Origin: Felis catus
Taxonomy: Eukaryota
Direction: 5' to 3'
Length of the DNA stretch: 64,000 bases
Assembly (NCBI RefSeq): GCF_018350175.1
Contig: NC_058370.1
Location: 118,482,001-118,546,000 of the forward strand
The notes under the pieces are model-generated. The model made no database searches, was not told the DNA's origin, and worked only from the letters and a program-made list of their open reading frames with translations. The position numbers were made by a program, and so were the translations under genes. Shown piece by piece: positions 41,701 through 61,975 of the stretch. Numbering within the stretch: position 1 is the stretch's first letter; every line of letters starts with the position of its first letter.

Positions 41701-44700
41701 CGCTGAGCCAGCCAGGCGCCCCTCTATAAGCTATTTTAAATGAAAATGTATGAAATTTAATTACACTTTAATTTTATAAAAGAAAAAGACTGGAAACTGA
41801 AAGATGGGCTAAGCTTCCCATAAATGTTCCTTCACCACAGAGACATCCATTCCTTAGGATCCTCTTGAGGTTAAAAAGAGGGGGAAAGAATGATAAAGAG
41901 CAGTCCAGTAGTTGGAGTTATCAGGTGACAATTTCATGGTCAGACCTCATCAGTAGCCTCAGCCAGAGGTCAGGAAATTAGCACGCTCACGCTTCTTCCT
42001 GGCCCTCTCGGTCTTCTCAGTGTTTCTTTTGGTACTGTGATTTTTCATCATTTGCATGCTGTCATTGTTGATGCTGTTTTGCTGTCTTGATTCCCAGTTA
42101 TTTAACCTTATTTCTGTATTGAAATGATCATGTGTGTCCACCGTCCGTTCACCTCAGGCTGCCATTGTTGCCAAATTACTGATACGGCTCGGCTGGAGTT
42201 CACTGTCAATGAGCTTTTTCTTTTTTTTTTAACTTTTTTTTTAACATTTATTTATTTTTGAGACAGGGAGAGACAGAGCATGAACAGGGGAGGGGCAGAG
42301 AGAGAGGGAGACACAGAATCTGAAACAGGCTCCAGGCTCTGAGCTGTCAGCACAGCCCGACGCGGGGCTCAAACTCACGGACCGTGAGATCATGACCTGA
42401 GCCGAAGCCGGACGCTTAACTGAGCCACCCAGGTGCCCCTGCCAATGAGCTTTTTCAAAAAAGGTTCAGAGGTGCTACGTTTCCTGAGTTTTTAGCTACA
42501 AATATTTTCCCCAGCTTTTGTTGATTAAATTCTTACTGTTCCTTAATTTCTTTTCTTTTTATCAGAGTTCTACTTTTGATTACCTCCTCCTCCGCCAGCC
42601 CGGTCGGGGGCAGCTTTTTGGGTCAGCAGAGTTGGTTTCTATTTATTCGTTTGTTTTCTGTTTCTCCACATCTTGTTGCTTTTGGCTCCTTGCCTATTCT
42701 CTTTGTCTTAGAGCAGAGTTGGCAGACATTTCTCTAAAGGTCCAGATAGTGAATATTTTATGTCTTGTGGGCTGTTTGACCATTGTTGGAACTGCTCAAC
42801 TCTGCCATTGAAAACTGAAGGCAGCCATACATGAGGTAAACGAATGGGTGTGACCGTGTTCCAGTCAGATTTTCTTTACCAAAGCAGGCAGCAGGCTGTA
42901 TTTGGCCCAAGGGCTATAGTTCGTCAACCCTTGTCCTAGAGGGTTTATGCCTTTTAAAAAGCCCTTTGCTTTTATTTAGTAGGGAGTCCAGGCTACTGGG
43001 TGTATTCAGTCCAGCTTTCAACTGCAAGTGCCACACTGAGCTATTATTTTTTTGTTGATGAGAGTTGGAGCTAAAATATCATGGAGGGAATGTTGCCTAG
43101 ATCATCGTGATCCACATATCCTTTCATAAGGGAGTCACATCTGAGGGTAAAAGGCAAAGGTCCTAGGAACCCAGAGGAAAACATTAGAGCAAAGAAGGGA
43201 GAACTTGCCTTTATTACCTACACATTCTATCCCTACCTCAGGCATGGTGGTTTTCTGGAACCTTCCCACCAGTTCACCCCTGCAGCGGATACGGCTCTCT
43301 GACGGCTCCTTGAAACTCTACCCTTTCCAGTGTTTCCTAGCCCATGACCAGGCTGTGCGTGCCCTTCAGTGGTGCAAAGCTAACAGGTACGGGACAGGAG
43401 AGCTGTGGCGTGGGAGGTGAAGCCTGGTCAGGCTGGCGCTCCCAGCCTTGCTCAGATTTGATCTGCTCCCTTTTCTCCCCTCTTTCCACAGTCATTTCCT
43501 CGTCTCTGCGGGAAGTGACCGCAAAATCAAATTCTGGGACCTTCGACGACCTTATGAACCCATAAACTCTATCAAGCGCTTCTTGAGTACAGAGCTGGCC
43601 TGGCTGCTCCCCTACAATGGTGTCACTGTGGCTCAGGACAACTGCTATGCCTCGTACGGCAGGATACACATAGGGGCTCTGGGACAGGCCCTAAGGGTTG
43701 GGGTGCAAAGTATGCCAGGTTGTTGTGGGGAGAGGGGAGTTCAGAGTTGGGCACTGAAGGAAACACTGAGGTAGTCTGCATTCTGGAAGGAACTGGGGAA
43801 GGGAAATGAATCCAATCTTGGAAAAAGGAAAGTGTGTTTTTCTTCCTCTTACAGTTACGGACTCTGTGGAATTCATTATATTGATGCTGGTTACCTTGGT
43901 TTCAAGGCCTATTTCACTGCTCCTCGAAAAGGCACTGTCTGGGTGAGCCCCTGTCTTCATTACACAGGAAAACGATTACTTTACTCACCTGCTGGTGGTC
44001 AGGAAGAGGCAGTAGTTTTGGATAGAAAAAGAGAGATGTATGGTAACTGTATCATCAGGGATAAGGGTTATGCATAAGCTCATTTGTATGTGTGTGTGTG
44101 CCCACCTCAGACTGTGTGCAGTTGTTACCAGTTCACAGAACTGAAACAATGAGTGAATGAGTGAATGAAAGACATCTGTCTCTTCTTATTAGAGTCTTTC
44201 AGGATCCGACTGGCTTGGGACAATAGCCGCGGGAGATATATCCGGGGAGCTCATTGCAGCTATATTGCCAGATATGGCACTGAACCCAATAAATGTCAAG
44301 CGACCTGTAGAGCGAAGATTCGTACGTATATGAATATTTAATGGCAGCACCATCTGTTGGGTCCTAATCCACGTGATCTCCTAAATTAGAACTATAAATT
44401 AACAGTAGGGTACAAATTTGTAGGAGGTCTCCCAGACCTGAAATTGTCTCTGGAAGTCTTTTTTAATGTTTATTTTTGAGAGAGGTGGGGGGGAGGGGGA
44501 GGGAGAGACACAGAATCTGAAGCAGACTCCAGTCTCTGAGCTGTCAGCACAGAGCCTGATGCGGGGCTCGAGCTCACAAGCCGTGAGATCATGACCTGAG
44601 CCGAAGTCAGATGCTTAACCGACTCAGCCACCCAGGTGCCTGGTCCCTGGAAATCTCAGCACAAAGTTGTACATAATCTTCTCTACCTTAGTGCATCTGA

Positions 44701-45748
44701 GCATATGTTCAAACATACTACCTTCTTCCATCTTTTAAGTCTCTCCTACCCAAAATCAATTTTCTCTTTTACTTTTATTCCGTCTTCAGTATTATGGAAC
44801 CTAATGTCAGGGTCTCCTTTCTAGCCTATATATAAAGCAGATCTGATGCCATATCAGGACAGCCCTGAAGGTCGAGACCGTTCTGCTTCATCGGAGGCCC
44901 CCAACCCTCCCAAGGCTCGAACTTATGCTGAGACTGTCAGCCATCACTACTTGCTCTTTCAAGACACAGATTTGGTAAATTGAGGCCAAGAGAATGGGTG
45001 TGGCATTTCAAAAAGTAGAAAATGTTAGTCCTGGTATAGTAGGGCTTATTAAGGAGTTGTAGCCCAAAGATGCAAGACTAAGAAGCCCCTGGCTTTCTCT
45101 CTCTTGTTGTACTCCCCTCCCCAGGGTTCCTTCCACGATCTGCTCCACAGAGAGCCAATGCTGCGCATGCAGGAAGGAGAGGGGCATTCGCAGCTCTGCC
45201 TGGACAGGCTGCAGCTGGAGGCTATCCACAAGGTAAAAGCCTGGTCTCATCTTCTCCACCTTTCTTCACTCTCGTTTCGTCCCAACTGTGGACATAGGAT
45301 CAGTGAAATGGGCAGTGAACACATAACAGAGACAGCTGAGAAGGGAAAACAGCTCTGGCGACCTCATTCTGCAAAGCATGATAGACATTCCTCATTTCTA
45401 TCTCTCTCGCCCCATCGTGGTCTTATCCTTTCAGATTGGGGCCCTTTTTTTTCCCTCCTGTTACAGCTACAACTCACCCTAAAGCACCAACTGTGAGCAT
45501 CTCTCTTTTGTTTTCTGTTCTCTGCACAGGTCCGCTTCAGCCCAAACCTGGATTCCTATGGATGGCTGGTATCTGGGGGACAGTCAGGGCTGGTTCGGAT
45601 CCATTTTGTCCGTGGACTCACCTCACCACTGGGCCACCGTATGCAGCTTGAAAGCCGAGCCCACTTCACTGCTATGTTCCAGCCGTCCTCCCCTATTAAA
45701 GGGCCCGGCTTCCCTCCAACTAGCCATCGCCTTCTGCCCAGTCCCTAG
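32725..45748 (+). CDS. GTF3C2: General transcription factor IIIC subunit 2 (TFIIIC110/beta, WD40)
   Basis: Coding exons: 32725-32971, 33135-33456, 34045-34330, 36968-37062, 37476-37553, 37676-37774, 38848-39075, exon in N gap 39233-39372, 39561-39669, 40766-40791, 40979-41108, 43242-43386, 43492-43653, 43855-43942, 44193-44321, 44825-44974, 45125-45232, 45530-45748 (TAG). All are GT-AG and in phase. The protein begins MDTCGV and contains WD motifs ([12 protein letters not shown]). Confidence 0.98.
34884..35030 (-). mobile_element. L1MB-type 3' end fragment
   Basis: ttgtggtaaaatatac..gttgtgcagccatcacc..cagaaactc. Confidence 0.65.
35340..35559 (-). mobile_element. Can-SINE, followed by a carnivore L1 3' tip (35561-35660)
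   Basis: SINE body, then aatccaagttagttaacatatagt L1 terminus. Confidence 0.85.
35849..36095 (+). mobile_element. Full-length Can-SINE
   Basis: Canonical head, (CT)n and A-tail, with flanking aaataaaaattga duplication. Confidence 0.92.
36563..36776 (+). mobile_element. Can-SINE
   Basis: ggaacctgggtggctcagttgg head and A-rich tail. Confidence 0.85.
37222..37428. mobile_element. MER3-like hAT-Charlie MITE
   Basis: gtgctgtcc..agccactagc..aattaattaaaat..gcactagccacatttcaa..ttggacagcac palindromic structure. Confidence 0.75.
38250..38790 (-). mobile_element. L1MA-type 3' end (partly in N gap)
   Basis: gcagttttaggttca..ggaaggtacagagat..ttttgccttttcc..catgtagcctttt. Confidence 0.75.
41402..41722 (-). 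mobile_element. Two tandem Can-SINEs (full 41402-41601, short 41612-41722)
   Basis: Two SINE heads, with ctat(at)aagct(g/a)ttttaaa repeated after each. Confidence 0.85.
42220..42439 (-). mobile_element. Young felid-type Can-SINE with TSD
   Basis: TSD CAATGAGCTTTTTC at 42207-42220 and 42443-42456. Confidence 0.92.
42712..42935. mobile_element. MER58A-like hAT MITE
   Basis: gttggcagacatt..aaaggtccagatagtgaatatttta..ggcccaagggctatagtt..aaccc. Confidence 0.75.
44459..44640 (-). mobile_element. Can-SINE
   Basis: SINE body and T-tail. Confidence 0.88.
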
Positions 45749-47519
45749 TCGTGGTCCACACAGGACCTCTGGAATGAAATCTGCCAGGAACAAATGGCCC
45801 CCAACCACAGGGCCATAGGAACTGGGGTCTTCCTGGATAGTGACGCTGCCAGACCTGGACCTTTAGACCTGCCTTGCCAGGACTCCTTAGATACCTCTCC
45901 TTCCACAGACTCTGTCATCACAGGCCCCTGCGGGCAGGGGGGCTCTCCCTCCACAAACTCTCAAGGCTCCTCCACCTAAAACTATGGCTCATGAGAAACA
46001 CTCAGGCCTGACCTAGGCTTGGGAGTCAAATTGCTCATATTGAGCATATTGTGAAGTGGGTAAAGCTGAGTAAAGGTACTGGGTGTTTTTGAGACCACAC
46101 GTGAGTGGGTGTTTGGAGAACTGGAAAGGGTATCTGTATGAAGGCTCCTGTCTGACTATATTCCAGGATCCAGTATTACTGCCTTCTCAACTTCCTCTTC
46201 AAAGTAACCAACACACAGGCCCATGAGGGGTGACAGTAATTTATTGGATTGAAGTGGCTTATAGTACTTCTTTAACTGAGGAACACCACAAACGCCCCAC
46301 CAGTAGAACAGTGGCTCAGATCTTACTTGCTCCTGCTTATGAAATATTCCCAATCACTGGTCATCTGACCTTACTCGAACACTCCTAGGCAGTCATGTTT
46401 TAAAAAAAAATCTTCCTTTATATCCAGTCAAAGAGTATACTTCTATACATGTCACCATGATTATTAGGAAATCTAGTCATTCTTCCCTGTGATTGCCCTT
46501 TTAAATATTTAAAAATAGCTATCATGTGTTTCCCAAGTCTTTTCTTCTCTAGATTAAATATCTTCAGTTACTTTAACCATTCTTTACACGTCATCATTTT
46601 TGGTCCTTCATGATCCTGGCACATCGTTGAGTTATTAAACATGTCTAGCTGCTTTTCTTTCAACTCTCCAGATAGGAGGTGTTTAGAACCCAAATACAGT
46701 AATGTGTTGTTGTATCTCCTCTTGTTAGAGTCCTCTTGTGGGATGCTGCAGACTCCTAGGGACTGCAGTACCGCCTCCTAAGCAGAGACAGACCCCAGCA
46801 ATGAGAAATAGGCAAACCACAGTCTTGGAATGTATAGGAGTACAATCAAGTTTGGGGTGGAGGGGAGGGAGGAGTCAGATGACCTCGGAAGACAGAAAGA
46901 AGTACACAGCCAGCTCCAACTGAAGGGAGTGGAGATTAGTTTACCACCTACCTGGAACAAAACCCTCTGGCACTGTAGACTGGTTGGCCAAATATCTGTG
47001 AATAGCTTTCTGTCTCTTGGATTTGGGAATTTAGTGTATGTCAAGAAAAAGAAAGGAATCAAGCAGTTCCAATTTCCTTCCTGTACAGAAGAGGAAACAA
47101 GCTGGAGGCAACCAGACTATTAGCAGCAGAGGGACCACAACCCATGTCGGTGCAAAGGAGTCCAGTCTTCTACCGTCCCATTGTGATCGGGCTCTGGTTG
47201 TGCCACTTTTGTTTTTGAGCTGACAGGGAAATGCCTTCCATTGCAGAGAAGCTTTGTTCATTCTACACAGCAGCCCCTTAACACTGCCTCATGGGATTCC
47301 ACTTTCAGTGGCAGAAAAGATGGGACCTGGGGCCCCTTGCTGTTGAGGCTAGAGGTCGGTGCTGGCAGCCTTGCTCCTCCTGTGGACTCTAGCCTTGGTC
47401 TCCACCTCCAAAAGAAAATCAGGAGGTTGCTTTCAGCCCTTGCTGTCTTTCTTCACCATAAACCCTCTTCTCCCCGGGCTGTTCCACTTCAACCTTCCCT
47501 CCCAATGTGTACACTTTAT

Positions 47520-47925
47520 ACTATCCATGGATGCCTGTGCTTTTCTTTCTTTGTGCGTTTGCTCACACTTCCCTGCTCCAGGAGCATCCTTTTTCATCAT
47601 CTCCACAAAAACCCTATTCATCCTTCAAGGTCCCAATGCAAATCTCACCTTTCATCAAGGAGTTTCATAGATTTCTCTAGTAAATATTCTCCCTCCCATG
47701 TGTTCTCAAGAGGAAAGGAAGAAAAAAAGGATAAACAAGAGGAAAGGAAGAAAAAAGGATATTAAGCACTTGGTCTATTTCAGGTATTTTGCATGTTACC
47801 TAATCATATGAGGTAGGTACTGCCCCATTTTACTTGCTATTATTGAGAGTTTAAGCAGTCTGAATAAGGTCAGTTTACTAAGTAGTGATGCTGGGATTTG
47901 AATGTAGACAGCCTCACTTCAGAGG
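47520..47925. mobile_element. L2 3' fragment followed by a MIR fragment
   Basis: ttcatccttcaaggtccca..tcacct (L2-like) and gaggtaggtact..cccattttac..gctgggatttgaa (MIR-like). Confidence 0.5.
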
Positions 47926-48612
47926 ACAATTGTTTCCAACCTAACCTCATTTGGTCTATATTTACCAGTGTAAATTCACTCTAGCACAGTGTTTTGTATA
48001 TAGGAGCCTTTAGTTAAATATTTGTGACACCCAATTATCTTGCTTCCTCATTGTGTTTCTCCAGTAACTGTGACAGGATTCTCCCTGCCTTAATCATATA
48101 GGAATTGAGTAAACTGGGGCTAGAGCTAGCCAGACAGCCTGAAAGCGTCCTGTATGGCTGCTCCCTGAAGTGTGGGCTCCCTGGATATAGTTAAAGGCTG
48201 CCAGCCTGACAAATGTACTGCCAGGGACCTGGTCATAGTTTCCACCACCCTAGAAAGGATGTTTCACTACATTCACAAAATTTTAGAATGTTAGAGCTGG
48301 AAAGGAATTAAGAAATCACCGAATCTACTGATTTCCAAACACTTTTAGTTGTGGGCCCCTTTGTTTAAAAATGGCTTTTCCTAGAAATACATTTTAAAAG
48401 CTGAGGTAAAGAAGAACCTGTGGTGATATCCCCCAAAACGTCTCCTTATAAACCCCTAAAACTGAGGGGTTTGAAAAACAGTTAAACAGATGAGGAATCT
48501 TAAATTCTAGTACTGACCAAGGCTGCAGAGACCACTAGTTATGGAACCAGTAAGGACCTTCTGAGGTTCTGGAATCCTGTGCTTTCCAGGGAGGAGTCCT
48601 CTTTACGCAGCT

Positions 48613-48829
48613 TTTCTTTTTCTTTTTCTTTTTCTTTTTTTTTTAATGTTAATTTTTTATTTTTGAGAGAGAGTGTAGGTGGGGGAGGGGCAGAGAGAAA
48701 GGGGACAGATGATCCGCAGAGAGCTTCGCGCTGACAGCAGAGATGCCCATGCAGGGCTGGAACTCACCAACCACTCACCAACCGTGAGATCACAACCTGA
48801 CCAGAATGACTGAGCCACCCAGGTGCCCC
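48613..48829 (-). mobile_element. Can-SINE upstream of the MPV17 promoter
   Basis: T-rich tail and SINE body ending gagccacccaggtgcccc. Confidence 0.85.
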
Positions 48830-49289
48830 TGCGCAGCATTTCTAAAGGCCCGTCGTGGACAAAGACTGACCTAGGTGCTAAGAGGATGGCAAATACAAAC
48901 AAGACGCAGTTTCACCTATTCAGGAGCTCACAATCAAGGCGAGTGAAGAACCCAAGGACACTGAAAAAATAACACGCACTTAACTATGTTTCCAAACTGA
49001 TGCCCGAGATTGAGCAAGGCGTCAGCACCTTGGCCAGTTCCGGGGCGCGGGAGCAGTGAGGGTCTACCCAGGTTGAGAAGCCCGGGCCACGGGGAGAGGG
49101 GTCAGGAGGAGGCAGAGGTCAGGTGGGAAGCATGGCAGGAGGGGCCCTCACCGAGACCGGGCGCACACTTGGAAAAGGGTTTGCTCACAGACTGAGAGCT
49201 GAGCCGTTCTCCACGGGTATTTGTGGCTCAGTCCACTCCCACTCCAGCCCCGGGAGCCGGGTTAAGCTTGGAGGCCAGCCGGACGGAAG

Positions 49290-49354
49290 GGCGGGGCTTG
49301 CGGCGGAAGTCCCGCCTCCTGTCGGGTCACGTGAGGGGCTGGACGCGAGAGCAG
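49290..49354 (+). promoter_or_regulatory. MPV17: MPV17 CpG promoter and non-coding exon 1
   Basis: GC box near 49289-49296, ETS CGGAAGT 49304-49310, E-box GTCACGTGA 49326-49334, and donor GCAG|GTGAGT at 49354/49355. Confidence 0.75.
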
Positions 49355-49825
49355 GTGAGTGGCTGGTGATCCTCCGTCCCGGGCTCAAAGCATCGCGTGC
49401 TGAGAGCGCCTAAAGTGCCTGTGACCTCTTCCAGGCCAGGGAATGATAGGCCCTATTTCCGGTTGGACTCAGGAAGGATGCGGGCTGGTTCCAACCGAGA
49501 GTGACTCAGGGGACCAACCAAGCTCTGGGTAAAAGCCTGAGCAAACTGTCCTTACGTGTCTCGGTACGGAAGGAGGTCCCCAGGTGGCCTTGCTTCAGGG
49601 CGGGGGATGGGGTGGCTGGTAGCTGCCACTGACATTCAGTAGCCGCTTACAGCCCTCCTCTATTACCTGATTGCCTAAGACGATCCCTATAACAGGAAGT
49701 CCAGGAAGCATCTCTCCTGAGGCCTCTGCCCCTCTAGGACATATTGGAAGCGGGAGGGGGAGAGGGAGTGGGCACAACGGAAAGTCAAGCGTCTCTTTAA
49801 TTGTGGGGAGAGGCCATGAGGGTAA

Positions 49826-58915
<9,090 letters not shown>

Positions 58916-59277
58916 GCCCGCCTCACTCCATTGCCTGCACTTGTGGGGATGCCGCTTGACCCTGGAGCCACCAGACAGCCTCCTCAGAGTGGGCACATCG
59001 GCTTTCCTGGGGTTCCGTGCCACTCAGAACTTAATGGGCTTTGCACCCGCCTCCTCTTGAAACCATTAAAACCCTTCTAATGGTTTTGTACAACCACCAC
59101 CATAAACGTTCGTTGTACTGTATGGTCTTGTCAACCTTCGTTTATATTCATATCCCAGCAGTGCCACTCACCCCCACTCTTCAGAGACACGTCTGTTCTC
59201 TAACCTTCCCAGCCCTACAGTAACTCAGGCTCTTTGGGGGCCACAGACCCTTTATGTGGTGCCTCCAGAAGTATGCT

Positions 59278-59283
59278 ATTAAA
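59278..59283 (+). terminator. MPV17 candidate poly(A) signal (ATTAAA)
   Basis: ATTAAA about 360 nt after the stop; a second ATTAAA is at 59065-59070. Confidence 0.5.
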
Positions 59284-59481
59284 TACGTAGTCTGAAACCT
59301 GCAAAAGCGGTGAGTAGGACGCAGCAGAAACCTATGGGGCAGTAAGAATTTCTAGAGCTGGAAAGAAGTCTAGAGACACCAACCCTGATCTTCTTTTACA
59401 GATGAGCACACCCAGGTCCATATAAGTGAGGTGACCTGTCCGTACCACCAACCAGTGGCAGAGTGGAAACTTGAACCCACA

Positions 59482-59814
59482 TGCTATAGGTGAATGTTTG
59501 TATCCCCTCCAAAGTTCATGTTAAAGACCTAATGCCCAAAGTGATGGCATTAGGTGGTAGGGCCTTTGGGAGGTGATTAGGTCATGGGGGATTAATGTCC
59601 TTCTAAAGCAGCCCCAGAGAGATCCCTCACCCCTTCCACCATGTGAGGACACAGTGAGAAGGTACTTTTTCTTCAGGTCAGCAAGTGGGTTCTCACTAGA
59701 GAACCAACGCCGTCAGCTTGGACCTCCCAGCTTCTAGAACTGTGACAAATAAATGTTTGTTTATAAGACGCCGAGTTGATATTTGTGTTGTAGCAATGTG
59801 AAGAGACTGAGACA
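59482..59814 (+). mobile_element. MaLR solo LTR (MLT1A-like) interrupting a MIR
   Basis: TG..CA ends (tgctatagg..gactgagaca) and ggcctttgggaggtgattaggtcatg, catgtgaggacacagtgagaagg and agaactgtg..aataaat motifs. MIR halves lie on both sides. Confidence 0.85.
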
Positions 59815-60325
59815 GGTTCCCCGACTTCCTAAGTGATCTTAACTGGAGGTCAAAGGTATAGTAATACTGTGGCTGTGATTCCCAGAAGAAAAACTCACAT
59901 GGCTAAAATACCACTTTGGGGCAAACTCGGTAGATGGACCCACCTTTGTGGTCTGAAAGCACCCAGAGGCCAGAGACCCTCCTTTTAATGGTGCCTCACA
60001 TAGACTGCCCTAGAATTTAGACCACGGGGCTGGAATAAGATCAAGAATCCCACCTGCCTTGCTGCCTCTGGGGTGGTAACCAGAGTCCTAGCTGGGAACC
60101 AGCTGTGCTCCTGATCGCCTTAGGTTGCGGAACTGCTAGCCAGGCTAGGGGCTAGGTCTGAGCAGCACAACCTCTCAGTGCCTCCGGCCCCTTCTAGAGG
60201 CAAACAGCAGGGTGGGCGCCACTGACAGCCCAGCGGTCCAGCCTTTCTTTTGTGTGCCACGGGAGACTGGCTACCTGACTGGTCTGATCTGGGGATCGCC
60301 CTAGTCCCTGCCGGCAGGTAGAGGA

Positions 60326-60351
60326 CTCTCTCTCTCTCTCTCTCTCTCTCA
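60326..60351. repeat. (CT)n microsatellite upstream of UCN
   Basis: About 13 units. Confidence 0.9.
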
Positions 60352-60535
60352 CATGGCTCCCAGTGCAGTCGTTAAGCCCCACCGGCTTCTCGCTCTCCTA
60401 AATCTGGGGCCGCTTCCAGCCCTGGCGCCAGAACGCAGAGTCTCTGGTTCTGAGGTGCGCCCCTCCGGGTCTCGCAAGTGGCCGGACTCGAGGCTGCGGC
60501 CGTCATTGCTTCTACAATCAGTGCATGTTCCTCGC

Positions 60536-60569
60536 TGACGTCAGTAGGAGCTGTCCGGGAGCTATATAA
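60536..60569 (+). promoter_or_regulatory. UCN: UCN core promoter: consensus CRE and TATA box
   Basis: TGACGTCA at 60536-60543 and TATATAA at 60563-60569. Confidence 0.9.
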
Positions 60570-60947
60570 GGCTGGCGGCGGTCCCGGGACAGACCCCGTG
60601 TTCCCCAAGGCGCCCTCAGCCCGCCCGGGGGACAGAGACTGGAGCGCCGTCCTGCAACGTGCAGACGCTCTCCGGCAACCTGTGAGTGGCTCGGAGGAGC
60701 ATCCGCCCTGACTCCCTCAGCACCCGGACTCGTCGCATAGCTCACCCATCGCTACTCGCTCAGAGGGACGGAGGGAGGACAGGGTGGCGCTGGGCTGGGC
60801 TGCTGCTGGAGGGAAGGCTGTGGGCACGGGCGGCAGCCGCAAGGGCCCGGCGGGGGAGCTGGATGAGCGCGGGAAGGGGAGTGGCGCCACCTGCCCCGGG
60901 CGCACCTCACCCTGCGCTACGCCTGTGTGTCCAGGGCCGGCGGCACC

Positions 60948-61328
60948 ATGAGGCAGGTGGGACGCGCAGCGCTGCTGGCGGCGCTGATGCTCCTGGCGGC
61001 GCTGCGCCCGGGGAGCAGCCAGTGGAGCCCGGAGGCGGCGGTCGCGGGGGTCCGGGACCCGAGTCTGCGCTGGAGCCCTGGGGCGCGGAACCAGGACGGC
61101 GGGGCCCGCGCGCTACTCTTGCTGCTGGCCGAGCGCTTCCCGCGCCGCGCGGGGCCGGGAGGATGGGGACCCCGGACTGCGGGAGACCGGCCGAGACGGG
61201 ACGACCCTCCGCTATCCATTGACCTCACCTTCCACCTGCTGCGGACCCTGCTGGAACTGGCGCGGACGCAGAGTCAGCGGGAGCGCGCCGAGCAGAACCG
61301 CATTATATTCGAGTCCGTGGGCAAGTGA
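60948..61328 (+). CDS. UCN: Urocortin 1 prepropeptide (CRF family), 126 aa
   Basis: ATG in strong Kozak context (GGCACCATGA), signal peptide, RPRR cleavage site, 40-aa mature peptide [40 protein letters not shown] (61200-61319) and GK amidation signal. Non-coding exon 1 ends at 60681; intron 60682-60934. Confidence 0.98.
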   Translation: MRQVGRAALLAALMLLAALRPGSSQWSPEAAVAGVRDPSLRWSPGARNQDGGARALLLLLAERFPRRAGPGGWGPRTAGDRPRRDDPPLSIDLTFHLLRTLLELARTQSQRERAEQNRIIFESVGK

Positions 61329-61474
61329 TCTTCGGGGGGGGTCTGCGGCCACGAGAACCTCGACCCCCGTCCTCCACCCCCTGGGCCGGGACGTGCGCGA
61401 CTGGAACTGACCCAGTCCCGCCGGGCTATAGCGGCCCAGGGATGCCCTGAGCACTCTGTGCGTCACCAGTTTTT

Positions 61475-61480
61475 AATAAA
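61475..61480 (+). terminator. UCN polyadenylation signal
   Basis: AATAAA 146 nt after the stop. Confidence 0.85.
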
Positions 61481-61854
61481 AGTGCTGAAGAGCCTTTGGC
61501 CTCGGTTGTGGGGCGCAGGGAGCCACGGCAGGATGGGAGCCCGGGGGAAAGTGCGGCCTCCTATGCCGGCGGGAGGGAACCAGATGCTGCATGAGGGCTC
61601 CCGCAGAACGGCTTTCAGCCAGGGCCCCATGTCCCCATCGCCCCCAGGAACTCAAGTCCTGGTGCCATCGCACCACCCCGACCCTCCTCCGTTGGCACTG
61701 GGCTAGCGAGCCCGTGCCCTACAGGGGTCATTCCACTTCCGCCCCCCCGAATGATCCCAGATCGGGAGAAGGGCGGGATGATGGTGGGGTCGCCTCCGAA
61801 GCCGAGGCTGAGAGTGAGCAGTGAAAGGAGCTGCGGGTTTGGACTCGTTAGCCC

Positions 61855-61860
61855 TTTATT
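61855..61860 (-). terminator. TRIM54 polyadenylation signal
   Basis: TTTATT on the + strand, about 115 nt past the TGA. Confidence 0.85.
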
Positions 61861-61975
61861 GAGTCCCTCCCCCGCGGCGGGGCGCCGAGCTGTGTGGCGC
61901 GGTGGTCTCTGCGCAGGTCCTCCGCGACCCGAGCGCCAGGCCCCAGGTGCGCGGGCTCCCCAAAGCGGGGGCGGG

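Noticed and set aside
46156-46353. Minus-strand 65-aa ORF with protein-like composition
   Set aside because: It lies in the probable GTF3C2 3' UTR, has a non-ATG start, and has no splice structure or recognisable homology.
60927-60947. Upstream GTG start extending UCN by 7 aa
   Set aside because: The GTG lies in the intron before the acceptor at 60935. The ATG at 60948 has the strong Kozak context.
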